NCBI GenBank assembly: GCA_951406725.2 | Contig: OX597820.1 | Location: 42,346,001-42,410,000, forward strand | DNA from: Octopus vulgaris | Lineage: Eukaryota | Reading direction: 5' to 3' | Length of the DNA: 64,000 bases | Part shown: in pieces, positions 13,242-26,631 of the stretch | Layout: the number at the start of each line of letters is the position of its first letter | How positions within the stretch are numbered: the first letter of the stretch is position 1 | The notes under the pieces: generated by a model | Told to the model about the DNA's origin: nothing | Seen by the model: only the letters and a program-made list of their open reading frames with translations | Database searches by the model: none | Translations under genes and position numbers: made by a program

Positions 13242-14512
13242 TTATCAGGTCATCCCATAAGTTCTGTTCGATTTTACCGTTTTTTTTAATTGAATGAAAT
13301 TTAATAGTATTTTAGAATGTCTAATGGAATTAAAAATTATTTTTATACATTTGTGTACATTTAAACTAATTAAATATTATTTTACAGAATAATAGAATTA
13401 AAGTTTATTTGATTAAAACCCTTTCTAACATGGAAGTATCCAAAGAGCATTTAAGGCACATAATGCTTTATGAGTAAAATAAAGGAAACTATGCAGCCGA
13501 AACAACTCGAAACATACATTCAGTTTATGGGAAAGAATGCTTGAATGAAAGAACTTGCAGTAGATGGCTTGCAAAATTCAGAAGTGGAATTTCAGCCTTG
13601 AAGAGAAGATCGAACAGAAGGTCCAGTTGAGTTTGATGATAAGCTCCTTGAGGCATTACTTGAAGAAAATCCTGCATTATCAGTTGAAGAATTGGCAATA
13701 AAGCTTAGTTCAAACCATACAACTGTTCATCGTCATCTTCAACAATTGAAAAGTTTCCTAAACTTGGAAAATGGGTGCCTCATGAATTGTCCGAAAGCAA
13801 CCGCAAATCCCAAGTTGACATCTGCTCTTCTCCCCATTCTCGCGAACTCATTTCACCCTTTTTGATAGACTTATGACTAGTAACGAAAAATGGATCTTCG
13901 ATCGAAATGTTAAACGTCGTAAACAGTGGCTTGGAAAAATGGAAAAAAGTTCCATCACAACGGAGAGGGGAACTTCATGGAAAAAAGGTTCTTCTCTCTA
14001 TCTGTGGGATTGCAAAGGGGTACTTCACTTTGAATTGTTACCACCTAATGCAACAATCAATGCTCAAGACTACTGTCAGCAATTAGAGCATTTGAACCAA
14101 GCTTTGAAGAAAAAAAGACCCACTTTTGTGAATAAAAAAATAGTGATGTTTCATCAGGACAATGCGCGGCCCCACTCTGCAAATATCACATCACAGAAGA
14201 TCGAAGAGATTGGTTGGGAAAAATTCCTCATCCACCTTGTTCTCCCGACCGTTTGTTTCGCAGTTTACAGAATTATTTGGGGGACATAACTTTCGCAAGC
14301 CAGGAGGAGGTCGAAACTGACATTTCAGAGTCCTTCGCTTTGAAACCAAAAGAGTTTTACATTGATGAACCAAAAAGCTTGTAAATAGATGGAAGGAAGT
14401 AACAAATAGTCAGGGAAAGTACATTGATGATTAAATTTCAATTAAATATAACGTTTGATCCTTTGTTTTCTTTATTCAAAATTCGGACAGAAATTATGGG
14501 ATGACCTGATAA
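13242..14512 (+). mobile_element. Full-length decayed mariner (Tc1/mariner) transposon
   Basis: TIRs TTATCAGGTCATCCCATAA / TTATGGGATGACCTGATAA; about 1.27 kb; transposase relic MEVSKEHLRHIMLYE*, WVPHEL, TSNEKW, HQDNARPH with stops and frameshifts. Confidence 0.95.
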
Positions 14513-14555
14513 TTATCTTATAATAGCAATGTCTGGAAAAAACCATGGATTACAT

Positions 14556-15045
14556 GGAAAAATGTGAGCATGAAAAGTAATATTCTTGAGATTATAAAGC
14601 TGGCAAAGTACAGGACAAGTTATTACACCTGTAAAAGTATAGGACAAACTATTACTTCAAGTAAAGTAAAGAATTAGAAACTTATTACTTAAAATATTGC
14701 AGCTAAAATTAAAATTTGAATATTAAAAATTATTTTATTATAGTTTACAAATAACACTATACTTATTTAAGTTGAATTTTGCTAATTTACTAGCTTAAAA
14801 ACAGAAAAAACTGACTAATTACACAAACTTACTAATTAGCTGAACAGTTTTGTGCAATAAATTTAAAAGACAACTGTAAAGAGTGATCAATTAGAAAAAC
14901 TGGCATTCTTTGCTGCAATATTATAAGTAAATGTTTCTTATTCTTTACTTTATTTGAAGTAATACTTTTACAGGTGTTATAACTTGTCCTGTACATTTCT
15001 AGGTTTATGATCTTAAGAATATTACTTTTCATGCTCGCACTTTCC
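14556..15045. mobile_element. MITE/foldback element with about 150-bp terminal inverted repeats
   Basis: ggaaaaatgtgagcatgaaaagtaatattctt...gtacaggacaagttat vs ataacttgtcctgtac...aagaatattacttttcatgctcgcactttcc. Confidence 0.88.
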
Positions 15046-15106
15046 GTCCTTTCTTTGCATCACCTAACTGTCTGGATGTTTTGCTTTCTTGTCCCATTTT
15101 GTATCA

Positions 15107-15149
<43 letters not shown>

Positions 15150-15677
15150 ACACGCACATACATAGTCAAATGAAGGCAGCAGAAGACAATATTTATTCAA
15201 TGTAACTTGGGTAATTAGAAATGGAAAGCAGCGTACAAACGTTGGCGGAGACAATATCTTGAGAAAAGGCCATCTTTTATTCTCATTATCTGTTTCTTCT
15301 ACCTTTACTTCCTGTCTTTTCTTTCTTTTCCTGTCATTCTTTCAAACTTTCTTTTTATTCTTTCAATTTATCTCCCAGAGAAGTATTCAGAAACGATGAG
15401 AATACAAGTGGAAGCTGTAATGGGATACTGAAATAGGATGGACATAGGCGATTTTATGTAATAGGGTTGATTCAAAGGGAGAGAATTGCCTGGAAGAATT
15501 CTCGTCGAAAATAAAACTACAGAAACGGAAATCATCAACATTAAAAGGAAAGAATAGAAATAATTTGGAAATAAGAGACGAGAGAGGGAAAGAGAAAGGG
15601 CGAAAGACAAAGAGAGAGGGACGAAAATAGAGAGAGAGAAAGGGAAAGAGAGACAAAGAGTGACAACGATTGAGGGC

Positions 15678-15728
<51 letters not shown>

Positions 15729-15856
15729 CATGTAGCGAAAGGTAGAGGAATGTAATTGAGTGAGCAGAAAACAAATTTGCTGGAAATTAAAACAGGTATG
15801 TTAGGTGTATACAACGTAGATTATATGTGTGTACATATGTATATATGTACATTATA

Positions 15857-16060
15857 CAGTAATCCCTCGACTATCGCGGGTGTTACATTCCAAAATGCCC
15901 CGCGACAGATGAAAATCCATGAAGTAGAAACAGTACTGTATTGTATATTTTTTAAATATATTCGTTTTGTTATAAATGCAAAGCAACATCACAGAAGCAT
16001 CGACGTAAACTTAACTATTAAACCGCGATAAGTGAACCGCGATATTATAAGGAATTACTG
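15857..16060. mobile_element. Tigger/pogo-type MITE
   Basis: TA|CAGTAATCCCTCGACTATCGCGG ... CCGCGATATTATAAGGAATTACTG|TA: CAGT termini and TA duplication. Confidence 0.88.
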
Positions 16061-16123
16061 TATGTCTTATTTATATTCTCAAATATCATACAATTTTACT
16101 ACTTTTTTGTATCTGTATTTTTA

Positions 16124-17017
16124 TATTGGGTCATCCCATAACTAATGCAGTTTTTTTCTTACTTCTTTTGTTTCAAACGTTTTTTTTTTTATCTAAAATA
16201 TACTCTCCTTCAATTTCTGCAATGATCTTCCATCTATCTGGTAGACTTTCAAGGCCCCTCTTCCAAAATTCAATTGTCTGTGACGAAAATTCTCCACCAA
16301 TACTGTCTAGAGAATTCATGTTGTTTCCGTCCAAATGATTTTGAGAACTGCGTAAAAAATTATAATCAGATGGGGCAATGTTGGGCGAACATAATGGGTG
16401 GGGTATCGTTTCCCATTCAAACTTCTCCAGCCTTTGGAATGTAAGGAACCCTTGCTGTAAGTGGCTGAGCATTATCCTGATGGAAGAACAATTTTGAAAC
16501 CAAAGATGGTCGTTTTCCTTCTAGCGTAGGTGTTGATGAATGGTTGAATGACCAAATCTAAGATTTTTTGCTAGTTTCTCAACTTCTACGATGGGATTTT
16601 TTTCCACTAGAGTTTGCAGGACGTCCTCGTCGAGATCTACGGATATTTCAGGACGAGGTTCGTCTTCTAGGCTGTAGTTTTCGACTCGGAATTTCTGGAA
16701 CAACCGTTGACACTGGCTTACGCAAATTGTCCGATCCCCATATACTGCATTAATATTCTGCGCACTTACCGTTGCGTTGTTGCCTTTATTGAACTCATAA
16801 TGCAAAATATGCCGAATATGTTCCTTTGTCACTTCCATTATAGCTTTGGAAAAATAAATGTTAAAATCAAAGTGCAGTCTTCAAAACTTGCACTAAGAAT
16901 AAAGGCAAAGTAAAATTACTGTTTTTATAGCAAGTTGATGCCAGTAGTTTATCCTGTCCCCCTCCGACTTTTAGTTCATGCAATTGAAAAACTCATTATT
17001 TATGGGATGACCTAATA
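16124..17017 (-). mobile_element. Internally deleted mariner transposon
   Basis: TIRs TATTGGGTCATCCCATAA / TTATGGGATGACCTAATA; ORF 16521-16838 MEVTKEHIRHILHYEF (HTH region) joined to C-terminal HPLCSPNIAPSDY; WVPHEL/DEKW region missing. Confidence 0.93.
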
Positions 17018-17339
17018 TGTATGGAGAAGATGGGGCCCCTTAGCCATGGTAAGGGCAGCCCTTCTAGGAAAAGGAAAGTTCTGATATAAAACCAGGTTTA
17101 TGGTTGCTGACTGTCCCCTTAGTTAATGTACCCTATCAACATCTACTTGCTCATAGAGCAGTCTGTGCTCTGTAGCTTTTGAGCAACTAGACTAGGAGAA
17201 GGCCACTTTGATCTCAAATGGGTGATAAATAATAGCATCTGACACGTGGCACACTGTGCACCAGTACAAGTAAATGCTTTTTTTGAGAGAGAGTGTGCAT
17301 TGTGTTGCACAAGCAATGGCCACTATAAACAAAATCATG

Positions 17340-17770
17340 TGCAGATAGTTCAGTAAAATGCTATCAGCAAATACCTACAGAAATAATGCAACAAAATGTC
17401 CAAGCAAAAGTCAAAGAATACGATATTTGAGAAGAGAAACAAGTTTTACAAGCAAAATAAACAGTTTACATCCAATGCGAAAACATTCTACACAGAAACA
17501 GGGAAGGAGAAAATGACGGTTGAGGTTGTCATTCGCATGGAAGAAGTTAAAGACTTTTGGAAAAAGATCTTGACTAATGAAAATACATACAATAAAAATG
17601 CAGACTGGATTAGACGCACAGAAGGATCATATCAAAACTCACCTGAAATTCATGGGAAGACATCACCATCAGACATAAGGATGACAGTCACGAAGGCACA
17701 TAAGTGGAAATCTCCTGGTAATAATAGGGTGCCAAATTTCTGCCTCGCATCGCCCCCGTGCGCACACAAA
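17340..17770 (+). mobile_element. R4/Dong-type LINE fragment (region just N-terminal of RT)
   Basis: ORF 17396-17830: QNKQFTSNAKTFY...VKDFWKKI...WKSPGNNRVPNF, typical pre-RT motifs. Confidence 0.8.
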
Positions 17771-17799
17771 AACCTGTTGTTGCCTTTACTGTGGGTTTA

Positions 17800-20700
17800 T
17801 TATATTTGCATACCTCTAGCCACTTTGTAGAGTTATCCACAATGATTAGATAGTATACGCCGTTCACTGGTGAAGCGTAGTCGATATGTATCCTGGACTG
17901 TGAGCTATCAGTCTCCGCCTACGTTGGTATTTTGCTGGTGGTGCTTCGGTTTCCAACGCCCAACCTCTACATGCTTTCACCAATTTCTCGATGTCCCTGT
18001 CCATAGTCGTCCAATATGCGAAGCGTCTCATTAAAGCTTTCATTGTGGACATTCCCGGGTGCCCACAGTAGAATTGTTGCAATACACGTTTCTGTAGAGC
18101 TCTTGTAACTATTACTCTCTGCGCGTACATTAAGACATCGTTGCATTGTGAGAAATTATTTGAATTTGTATTTTATTATGTTTATTTCTCAATGTTTCTT
18201 CCAACCTCTACATGCTTTCACCAATTTCTCGATGTCATAGTCGTCCAATATACTTCATTTTCTGACTGCAATGATATTATTACGGTCTCTTCTAGCAGTC
18301 CCACGATGTTGGGAATTAGCTTTGATAAGCAGTCTGCATGACCAATTTTCTTCGATGGAATATACTGCCTCTTAAAATTGTAGTTCAGAAATATTGTACC
18401 CCAGCGTTGTAGTCGGTTCCTTGTATGAGTAGGCAATCCCTTCTTTGATCCAGACATTGATAGTAATGGTCGATTGTCGGTTTGTAACAAAAACTTCTCC
18501 CATGTAGAAATTTGTGAAACTTTTTACCGCAAAAATGATAGAGCCACCTTCTCTATCTGACTATAATTTTTTTCCCTGCTATCAGCGAACTTGAAGCATG
18601 AACTGTTGGCTTCATATTTCCATCTTTATACTTGTGTAGCAAGACTGCTCCTATTCCATACTCCGAAGCGTCAGACGCTATAAAAATGTCCATTCTCGGA
18701 AATAAATGCGAAAGTGACAAGTCAGAAATTCATATTTTTTTGTCTTCAAATGCGTTGCCACTTTAATGAGCAATTCCATTTTACTTCTTTTTTTAATTAA
18801 TTATTTAATGGCGTTCTCAGTTTATGAATATTTGGAATGTACTGTTGATAGTAATTTACTAGGCCAAGGAAAACTTGGAATTTCCATATATACGTTGGAG
18901 GAAGCATACTCTTGATTGCGTCTGCCCTCGACGGAGCAGGACGTCTTCCATTCTTTTCTGTGTTTTGACTTAGGCATTTGATTTTAGGCAAAAAAATTCA
19001 CACTTCTCTCAATATGAAACTATAATCCTTATTTTTTTTTAATCCTTAATTTTTTAAAGAGATACTTCATGTGTTCGATATGCTCATTCACTGTTGATTA
19101 AAGCTTCATAATGATAAGGAATAGCAAATTGACAGTCTGTCAACATCGCGTCCATCACCAGCTGAAATATTGCAGGTGCTACCTTCAATCCCAAGAAAAA
19201 AAATTATTTTTGTATAGACCTCTGTACGTGTTGACTGTTAACAAATTTTAGCATTGTTTTATCTGCTTTCATTTGTAGATATGCGGCAGACGGATGGAGT
19301 TTTGAAAATATTTTTCCTCCAATTAGTTTTGTAAAAATCTTCTAGGATCGGTAGTGGATAATGGTTCATTTTTAAACAGTCATTTAAACCGGTCGGAAAA
19401 TCGGCAAACAACCTGATATTTTTCATTTTTTTATTTTTTATACATAGAGTCGGAACCACTCATTTCGAGTAAACCACTTTTTCAATGATTCTCTTTTATT
19501 CCAATCTGTCCAACTCATCGTCCACTTGCTTCATTCCCGCAAAAATCCTTTTCCTATTAGGCTTAACATTATCATCTAATTCAAAACGTGTTTTGAATTC
19601 GTCTTCGTGTATTGAATCAGTCTTCGTGTACTGACCTAGTTTGTCCGAGAAGTATTTGCGGAAACATTCGTTTTAATTTTCTTTAACTCTTCAGACAAAT
19701 TATTTTTAAAGGGACAACCATTTAGGTTCTTATAGTAGAGATTTATGGAGAGGTCCCATAAATCGAAAAATTCAAACCAATCGGTACTGAATAGATGAGT
19801 TGCATTTTTAACGACGAAAACTTTTACCTTGCATGTTTTCCCTCGAAATGTGACATTAGTCCACAATTCACCTATTTGTCATTAATTTGTCACCCGTCAC
19901 GCTACGAGCAGATCTCACTGTATCTCTTAACATAGTTTCTCTATTTGTTGAAGTTTAATATGTATTCTATATATTTTTACGTCTACGATTTTTTAAATTT
20001 GGGAGTCGAATTTTGGTTCTACTGAGAGCACTCAAGGATTTTAACGTTTGACTTTCGTAATATTGTTCTGCAATGTGAACTATTGTGACCTGTTCTTTTC
20101 CAACTGTATCATTTTTGATTTTTTAAATAGACCATCTTTTCTGAAATGTATGGCCCTACCTCCATTACATGGATTAGGACGTGGCGCTATTTTCGGTCGT
20201 ACATATATGTATTTTTGAGGAATCCTTTCCTTGAATTTTTTTCTACATCGTGTTTGAGGTTTACCATACTTTTGCATTCTTCTGCTACGGACTGTAAGGT
20301 TAGATGTTGATTCACTTGTTTCAATTTCGAAAGAATTCTTGCCCGAATTTCTGGGTCTACGCTTGCTGTAAGGTCTTGTACAAAAATAAGACACTTGAAT
20401 ATCTCAGGTGTAAGTTCTTTGAGTTTAAAACTCACACATCCTGTTGACTATTCCTTCTCATGTGATAAAATCATTATTCTCTTTTTTGTGTTATATTCCA
20501 ACACCCCATTCGAGCGTTAGAGAAGTTTTATCACCGAATATGTTAGACAGTTATTCTATTGTTTCTGTAAAACAAATTTCATTGGGTTATTTAGGCAATA
20601 TTAAATTACAGTAACATTCATGCTCTAACGGAGCTAATTTTCACAATAAAAATCACACTTTTTGTTTGTCCAACCTTGATTTACGATCTTGCTTAAAACT

Positions 20701-21240
20701 CTTCTCGTACATTCTGTAGTCTGATGCAAAAGCTATACCCTCCTCTGGGTTATGACTGAATTCATTAATCAAGTCCGAAACGCCGTCTGGCGAAACCAAA
20801 CTTACCTCATTTTTGGACTTCTTTGAATACAGCTCCAATAATTGTTGTTGTTGTTGTAGTTGTTGTTGTAACAGTTGCTTCTGCAACTCCAGGTTGCTGC
20901 TCTTGTTACTATTGCAACTGTACTATGAAAGTTATTATTTAACGCGTTGTATCACGTAAAAAATTGCTAAATAACCTACGCGAGATTTGAAAACGTCCTA
21001 ATTGTTACGTACAATAAATAAGATAAGCAGACAACAGTAAAAACAATGCAACGAGCCAACAAATGTCTTTACGAACCGACAATCAATATTCCTTATGAAC
21101 TAACCAACCGACACCTTCCGACTTCACTGCGAACTAACACGAACTTCACTCGACTCCGAATTCTGAACTCTTGAACTCACTCGGATCGTTTCTATTTATA
21201 CTTTAGTCGGACCGGTCTGTCTCTTGCAATAATCAATGAC
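17800..21240 (-). mobile_element. Decayed Gypsy (Mag-like) LTR retrotransposon: LTR, gag, protease, RT, RNase H, integrase relics
   Basis: gag FSHNPEEGIAF and FKCLIFVQDL..PEIRARIL; RT IRLFADFPTGLN..HYPLP and APAIFQ; RNase H SDASEYGIGAVLLH, LQTDNRPLL..GSKKGLP..NRLQRW; integrase GHPGMSTMKALMR..YW; putative 5' LTR ends at ..CA (21003) with TATAAATA near 21195. Confidence 0.92.
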
Positions 21241-21744
21241 GGTTAGCGAACCGTTAAACCAATTTATCGTTCTCCTTTGGCGAACCGCTAAGTCATTTTA
21301 ACGATCTCGGTTGGCGAGGCGCTCAGCCATTTCATCGAGCTCCTTTGGCGAACCGCTAAGTCATTTTATCGATCACGGTTGATGAAGCGCTAGGTCATTT
21401 TATCGATGTCCTTTTGCGATCCGCTAAGTCATTTTATCGATCAAATTTGGCGAACCGCTAAGTCATTTTATCGTCACGGTTGACGACCCGGTAAGTCATG
21501 TTATCGATCTACTTTGGCGAACCGCTACGTCCTTTTAACGATTTCGTTTTGCGATCCGCTAAATCACTTTATCGATCTACTTTGGCGAACCGCTAATTCA
21601 TTTTATCGATCACGGTTGGCGAACCGCTAAGTCATTTTATCGATCTCCTTTGGCGAAACGCGAAGTCATTTCATCGACCTCGTTTTGCGATCCGCTAAAT
21701 CATTTTATCGATGTCGTTTGGCGAACCGCTAGACATTTTATCGA
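21241..21744. repeat. 34-bp minisatellite, about 15 diverged copies (consensus TTTGGCGAACCGCTAAGTCATTTTATCGATCTCC)
   Basis: GCGAA motif recurs every 34 bp (21246, 21280, ...); no unique spacers. Confidence 0.95.
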
Positions 21745-22488
21745 AATTACAAATAATGCTCATCTTCTATGCTCGGATGACCCCACAGCTTCCAAGAGTA
21801 CAACTATTCGTCTTTGCCTAGATAAAATGACAAAATTGTGGGTGTTAAGTCCCCATGAAGGGGTCTTTCTAACTTGTAAGAAGATGAAATCTTATAAATA
21901 TTACTTCATTTGTATCTAATATCTATGGTTAAAATTTCATCAACAGCAAAAATATATGAATTGTCATTGGGGTTATGGCCCTTATGCATACAATATAATT
22001 TCCAAATTTCGTAAATATCCATTCAGTACTTTTGACTTAGTTTTGAATCATTAAAAAAATGATTAAAATTTGGGAGTTAAGGCCCCCATTAGTGTGTCTT
22101 AGAATCCTCATGTGAAGTAGAAATTTTGAGAATACTTCTTGATGTGTGTAAATTACCCGTGGTTGAAATTTCATCAACATCGAACATTTATGAATTTTCA
22201 TGGGGGGTTCTGCCCCCTTTAAGCCATCTGAAATTCAAGCGAAACATATTGCATTATATCCGCCCTTATGCATTGAGTTTAAGTTTCAAATATCATAAGG
22301 ATCCATTTAGTAATTTTGGTCCATGAAATTTTATGAAACACACAGCATTACCCTTCTCCCTAGGCTTCGATTTTGTGTTCAAAATGTCATTATGATCGGT
22401 GTAGCAGTTTTCGAATGTATAAGTAATACATGAACACATAAAGACATCTTTGATATAATAAATATGAATGTACACATATACATACATT

Positions 22489-22574
<86 letters not shown>

Positions 22575-23119
22575 AATATACACACACGCATGCATGCACT
22601 TGTGAGAGAAGCACATCTTCCCAGATATATAAACACACAGAGAAATGCATACGGCAGAATTATTGAAATAGAGTGAATCGGAATGAGCAGATGGAGATGA
22701 AAACAGATTTCTTTGTGGACGTTGAAGGAAAATGGACAAGAAGTCAAGAAAACGGATTAAGTATAACAAAATAGAAAGGGAAGAGTGAAGAGATAGTCTT
22801 GGAAACAGAAGTCTGGAGCAGAACGAGATGTGGCAATGACTGCTGCAGCAGCAGCAGCAGCAACAACATCAGTGATAGCAGTATAGGCATCAGCAGGAGT
22901 AAGACTCTTATTAAGAAAGGTGATTTTTTTTTCTCTCTGTGTGCCATAAAATAACGTTCCACTTCTGACTTTTCACTGTCTCAATTCAACAATTGTCGTT
23001 AAACCAATTAAAGACTATTCACACATTTTGATGAAGCTCTATACAAACTTTTCTATATTTATTTATTCGTTCTTTTCCTTTAAATTTATTTCCGATCTGA
23101 TTAGGAACTAGCTGCGTAT

Positions 23120-23193
23120 TATTACTATTATTATTATTGTTGTTTTGTTGTTGTTTTTGTTGTTGATGATGTTGTTGCTGTTGTCATCATCGA

Positions 23194-23253
<60 letters not shown>

Positions 23254-23321
23254 TCATCATCACCATCACCACCACCACCACCACCACCACCACCACCACC
23301 ACCACCACCACCACCACCACC

Positions 23322-23354
<33 letters not shown>

Positions 23355-23500
23355 GTCATCATCATCATCATCATCATCATCATCAGCATCATCAATAACA
23401 TTATCATTGTTGTTGTTGTCATTATCTCTATTTTTATAAATTTCGTGATGATGACGGCGTCCTCATCTTCATCAATCATCATCATCATCGTCATCGTCAT
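23120..23500. repeat. Compound (TTA)/(TTG)/(CAT)n/(CAC)n microsatellite
   Basis: Read directly. Confidence 0.95.
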
Positions 23501-23659
23501 TAATTTTATCACCAACAACATTTACGATATGGATATTATTATTGTTACTATTGATTTCTCATTAATTATGGATTCATGTCGATGAATAATGAAGATTCCA
23601 ACTGATTACCAAGTTTATCCGTTAATGCTCTGCTTAGGTTTATCATATTAAAGCTTAAC

Positions 23660-23939
23660 AGAGGGCGCAGCAATCTGCCAACAGGACCTTCTCAGTACTG
23701 TGCATTCTTATGTAAGTATTTGCGAATATTCGATCATATTTATTATATTTATTATATATATTTATATATATTTATTATTGGTAATATTTATATTTATATA
23801 TATTTATTAGTAGTATTTATATTAGCGACTTCACCTTTCATCAGTTAGGAGTCGGTCAAATATGTACCTGTTGATCACTGGTGTCTGCGTAACCGACTTA
23901 CCAGCACCCTGGAAATTGTTGGCTTTGTGTTAAAATTTG

Positions 23940-23945
<6 letters not shown>
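23660..23945 (+). mobile_element. Diverged SINE family C copy with AT-rich insertion
   Basis: gacttcacctttcatc...ggagtcggtcaaatatgtacc...cactgg...gaaattgttggctttgtgttaaaatttgaaa followed by a (CAT)n/(TAT)n tail. Confidence 0.55.
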
Positions 23946-24009
<64 letters not shown>

Positions 24010-24043
24010 CATTATTATTATCATTATTATGATTATTATTATT

Positions 24044-24337
24044 GAGTGAGAGAGCAATGCATGCCATCAAAGTGAAACTGGGGTAAAATATACGAAGCCC
24101 AGTATCACCATCATGACTACTCGTCTGATAACAATACACGAGGTGCATGCATCACAAAGATATGCGTGCCATGGTGATATCAAATTGAGATAAATAACCC
24201 ATGACTTTGCAGTTGGAGCCCAGTCAGAATTTTCTTTAGGTCGAGTAGTCCATCCCAATCAAAAGGTCCCTGAATAAAGGTTGTTTAAGGATGATGAACA
24301 CCCATGAGAACCACTGTCTGGTACTGCATCAGCGCAT
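24044..24337. mobile_element. Unclassified non-coding element embedded in (TTA)n
   Basis: About 295 bp of complex sequence bounded sharply on both sides by TTA repeats, adjacent to a Dong fragment. Confidence 0.55.
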
Positions 24338-24356
24338 TTATTATTATTATTATTAC

Positions 24357-24392
<36 letters not shown>

Positions 24393-24393
<1 letters not shown>

Positions 24394-24806
24394 GTTTGAC
24401 TTTTGCTTTATATCTGTACAAGTTGGCTCCAAGTCTCACCCAGAGACCTCAAGAGACAACAGGTTGGAAGTTCTGTGCCATATATTTGGGGGGGGGGGGT
24501 GTTGTACTAGTGAATGTCTAATACATAAAAATAAAATTTTAAAAAAATAAATAAATAAATAAAAAAAGTTTGTTTTAAACCTTGGGATTACATAGAGAGT
24601 ATTTTGCGTAGGATATGAGCAGTTCCCATGAGCACTATCTTTTGAATTTCTGCCATTTTGGGGTTTTCTGGTATCTGAGTTAGGTAGCAATCCGTCCCTT
24701 TCGCTATCATTCCCAGGGCACCTATGACAACAGGTATTGTTTTAGTCTTCAGCTTCCACATTTTGCTGATTTTTATTTCAAGATCTTTATATTTGCTCAG
24801 TTTTGG

Positions 24807-24808
<2 letters not shown>
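24393..24808 (-). mobile_element. Dong/R4 LINE 3' end inserted in (TAA)n
   Basis: Minus frame 24803-24588: KLSKYKDLEIKISKMWKLKTKTIPVVIGALGMIAKG...IQKIVLMGTAHILRKILSM*; 3' UTR; TAA repeats on both flanks (known Dong target). Confidence 0.92.
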
Positions 24809-24879
<71 letters not shown>

Positions 24880-25379
24880 CATTATTATTATTATCATTAT
24901 TATTTTTATACCAGAATGTTGTTGATAGAGCCGAAACACTGAAGTCACTGTCGACATTATTCTTGTATAAGAATTATAAACATGTATTCTACAAAAGTAT
25001 AGCGGAACACACTAGATTAATGTAAGATTGTTTTCGATTTAACTGAACATGAAAACAAACATTAATACACACACATACACACACACGCACACACATCTAA
25101 GGATGATGTGTGATGCGGTGTGTTTCTATTTTTTGTTCTCATGTATCTTGAATCACATATATTGATATTATACCTGGGTATGTGCTGTTTGAGTATTCAT
25201 GTCTTTCCAACACTAACTCTTCCAGGTGATTGCAAAATAAGTTGAAGTTGTACTCCCTGGAGAGAAGAAGCGCGAGAGAAATACTTTAAGGTGTATATGT
25301 GTATACATATATATATACATATATGTGTATATATATATATATGCATATATATATATGTATGTATGTATGTATATATGTA

Positions 25380-25415
<36 letters not shown>

Positions 25416-25794
25416 TACATATATACGAGCAAAACGCCCCACGTCCAATGGACGGTGCTGAGTTGTCAAACATTTACACCAAATTTTCTCAAAACAACTT
25501 GTCCAACCGTCCCATAGGTCTCCCGTTTGAGAAACACTGATCTAACCTAAATTTGAGACACCAGCAAAAGAAGAAAATAGAAAAAAATATTTTTTCTATT
25601 CCAAAATAAAACGATTTTATTCACTTTATTGATCGCATTCTCACCTGGAATCGATTAAAAAAATTTTTTCAAGACTTATACACGCCTTCATACCGTCGGT
25701 ATCTACATATCAAATTTGAGCGCAATTGAATGGAGGATGCCCGAGATCCTAGAAGACACACAGACAGACAGACAGAACGAATTTTCTATAATAT

Positions 25795-26190
25795 ATATGA
25801 AAATCTGGAAAATCCAGCAAATGATTTTGCGAGTGAAGCCTATACGAATAACAGGACAAGATGCCATCCAATACAATCTAAAATCCCACCATTTATGTCC
25901 AGACTAAGAAAGCAATACTGTAACAGTTTTGGATTGAAATGCTCACAACTGTTCCATACATTGCCAAAAGGCCTAAGCGATAGAGAAAATGCACAAGTGG
26001 ATGGTGTCTAAAAACAGTTGAACACATTTTTTAACAAGTTACCAGATGAAGCCACATCGCAGTAAGAAGTGCACAGAACTGCAGCTTTGTCTGACTCAAT
26101 ACTTCCTCAAAACTGACTCCGAGTTAAGACAGGACTGAAACATGCATTAAGGCTAACGGCAGTACCTCACAGATTTCGACGGAAAATGAT
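25795..26190 (+). mobile_element. Decayed CR1/L2-type LINE 3' end (related to 60668-61180)
   Basis: QYCNSFGLKCSQLFHTLPKGLSD...KLPDEATSQ aligns with YCNSLGFRGPQLFNILPKCLRD...VPDEPTSR. Confidence 0.8.
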
Positions 26191-26236
26191 AACAAAATAA
26201 TTGAATAATACACTTAAATTTATATATTATTTAAAA

Positions 26237-26631
26237 CTAGCAGTATCGCCCGGCGTTGCTCGGGTTTGTAAGGGAAATAACTATATAAGCATTTTTAGAT
26301 AGTTATAGCCAAAATATAGCAAAAAAATGCATTAAAAATGGAAAAAATTATGTTGAATGTTTTTTTAAATCGATGACTCATTGTAGACATTTTTAGAGAG
26401 TTACTTCCCTTATATAATAGCGAAAAAATGCATTAAAATGGAAAAAAATGATGGTAAATTTTTTTTAAATCGTAGACTCATCGCAGACGCGCGCTAATAC
26501 CCAGAAGGGCTCGATATGAATCACGACTATAAGATACCCGGTTTTGGTTAAACTGCACCGCAAAATGTGGGAGTAGTTAGGAATCTAAATCGTAGGAGAC
26601 AGACACACAACTTCACTTTTATACATAAAGA
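26237..26631 (-). mobile_element. Non-autonomous Helitron
   Basis: Minus strand A|TCTTTATGTATAAAAG ... hairpin CCCGAGCAACGCCGGG ... CTAG|T; internal direct repeat of about 100 bp. Confidence 0.88.

Noticed and set aside
21241-21744. CRISPR-like array
   Set aside because: Units are contiguous 34-mers with no unique spacers, there are no cas genes, the context is eukaryotic, and the unit resembles a SINE segment.
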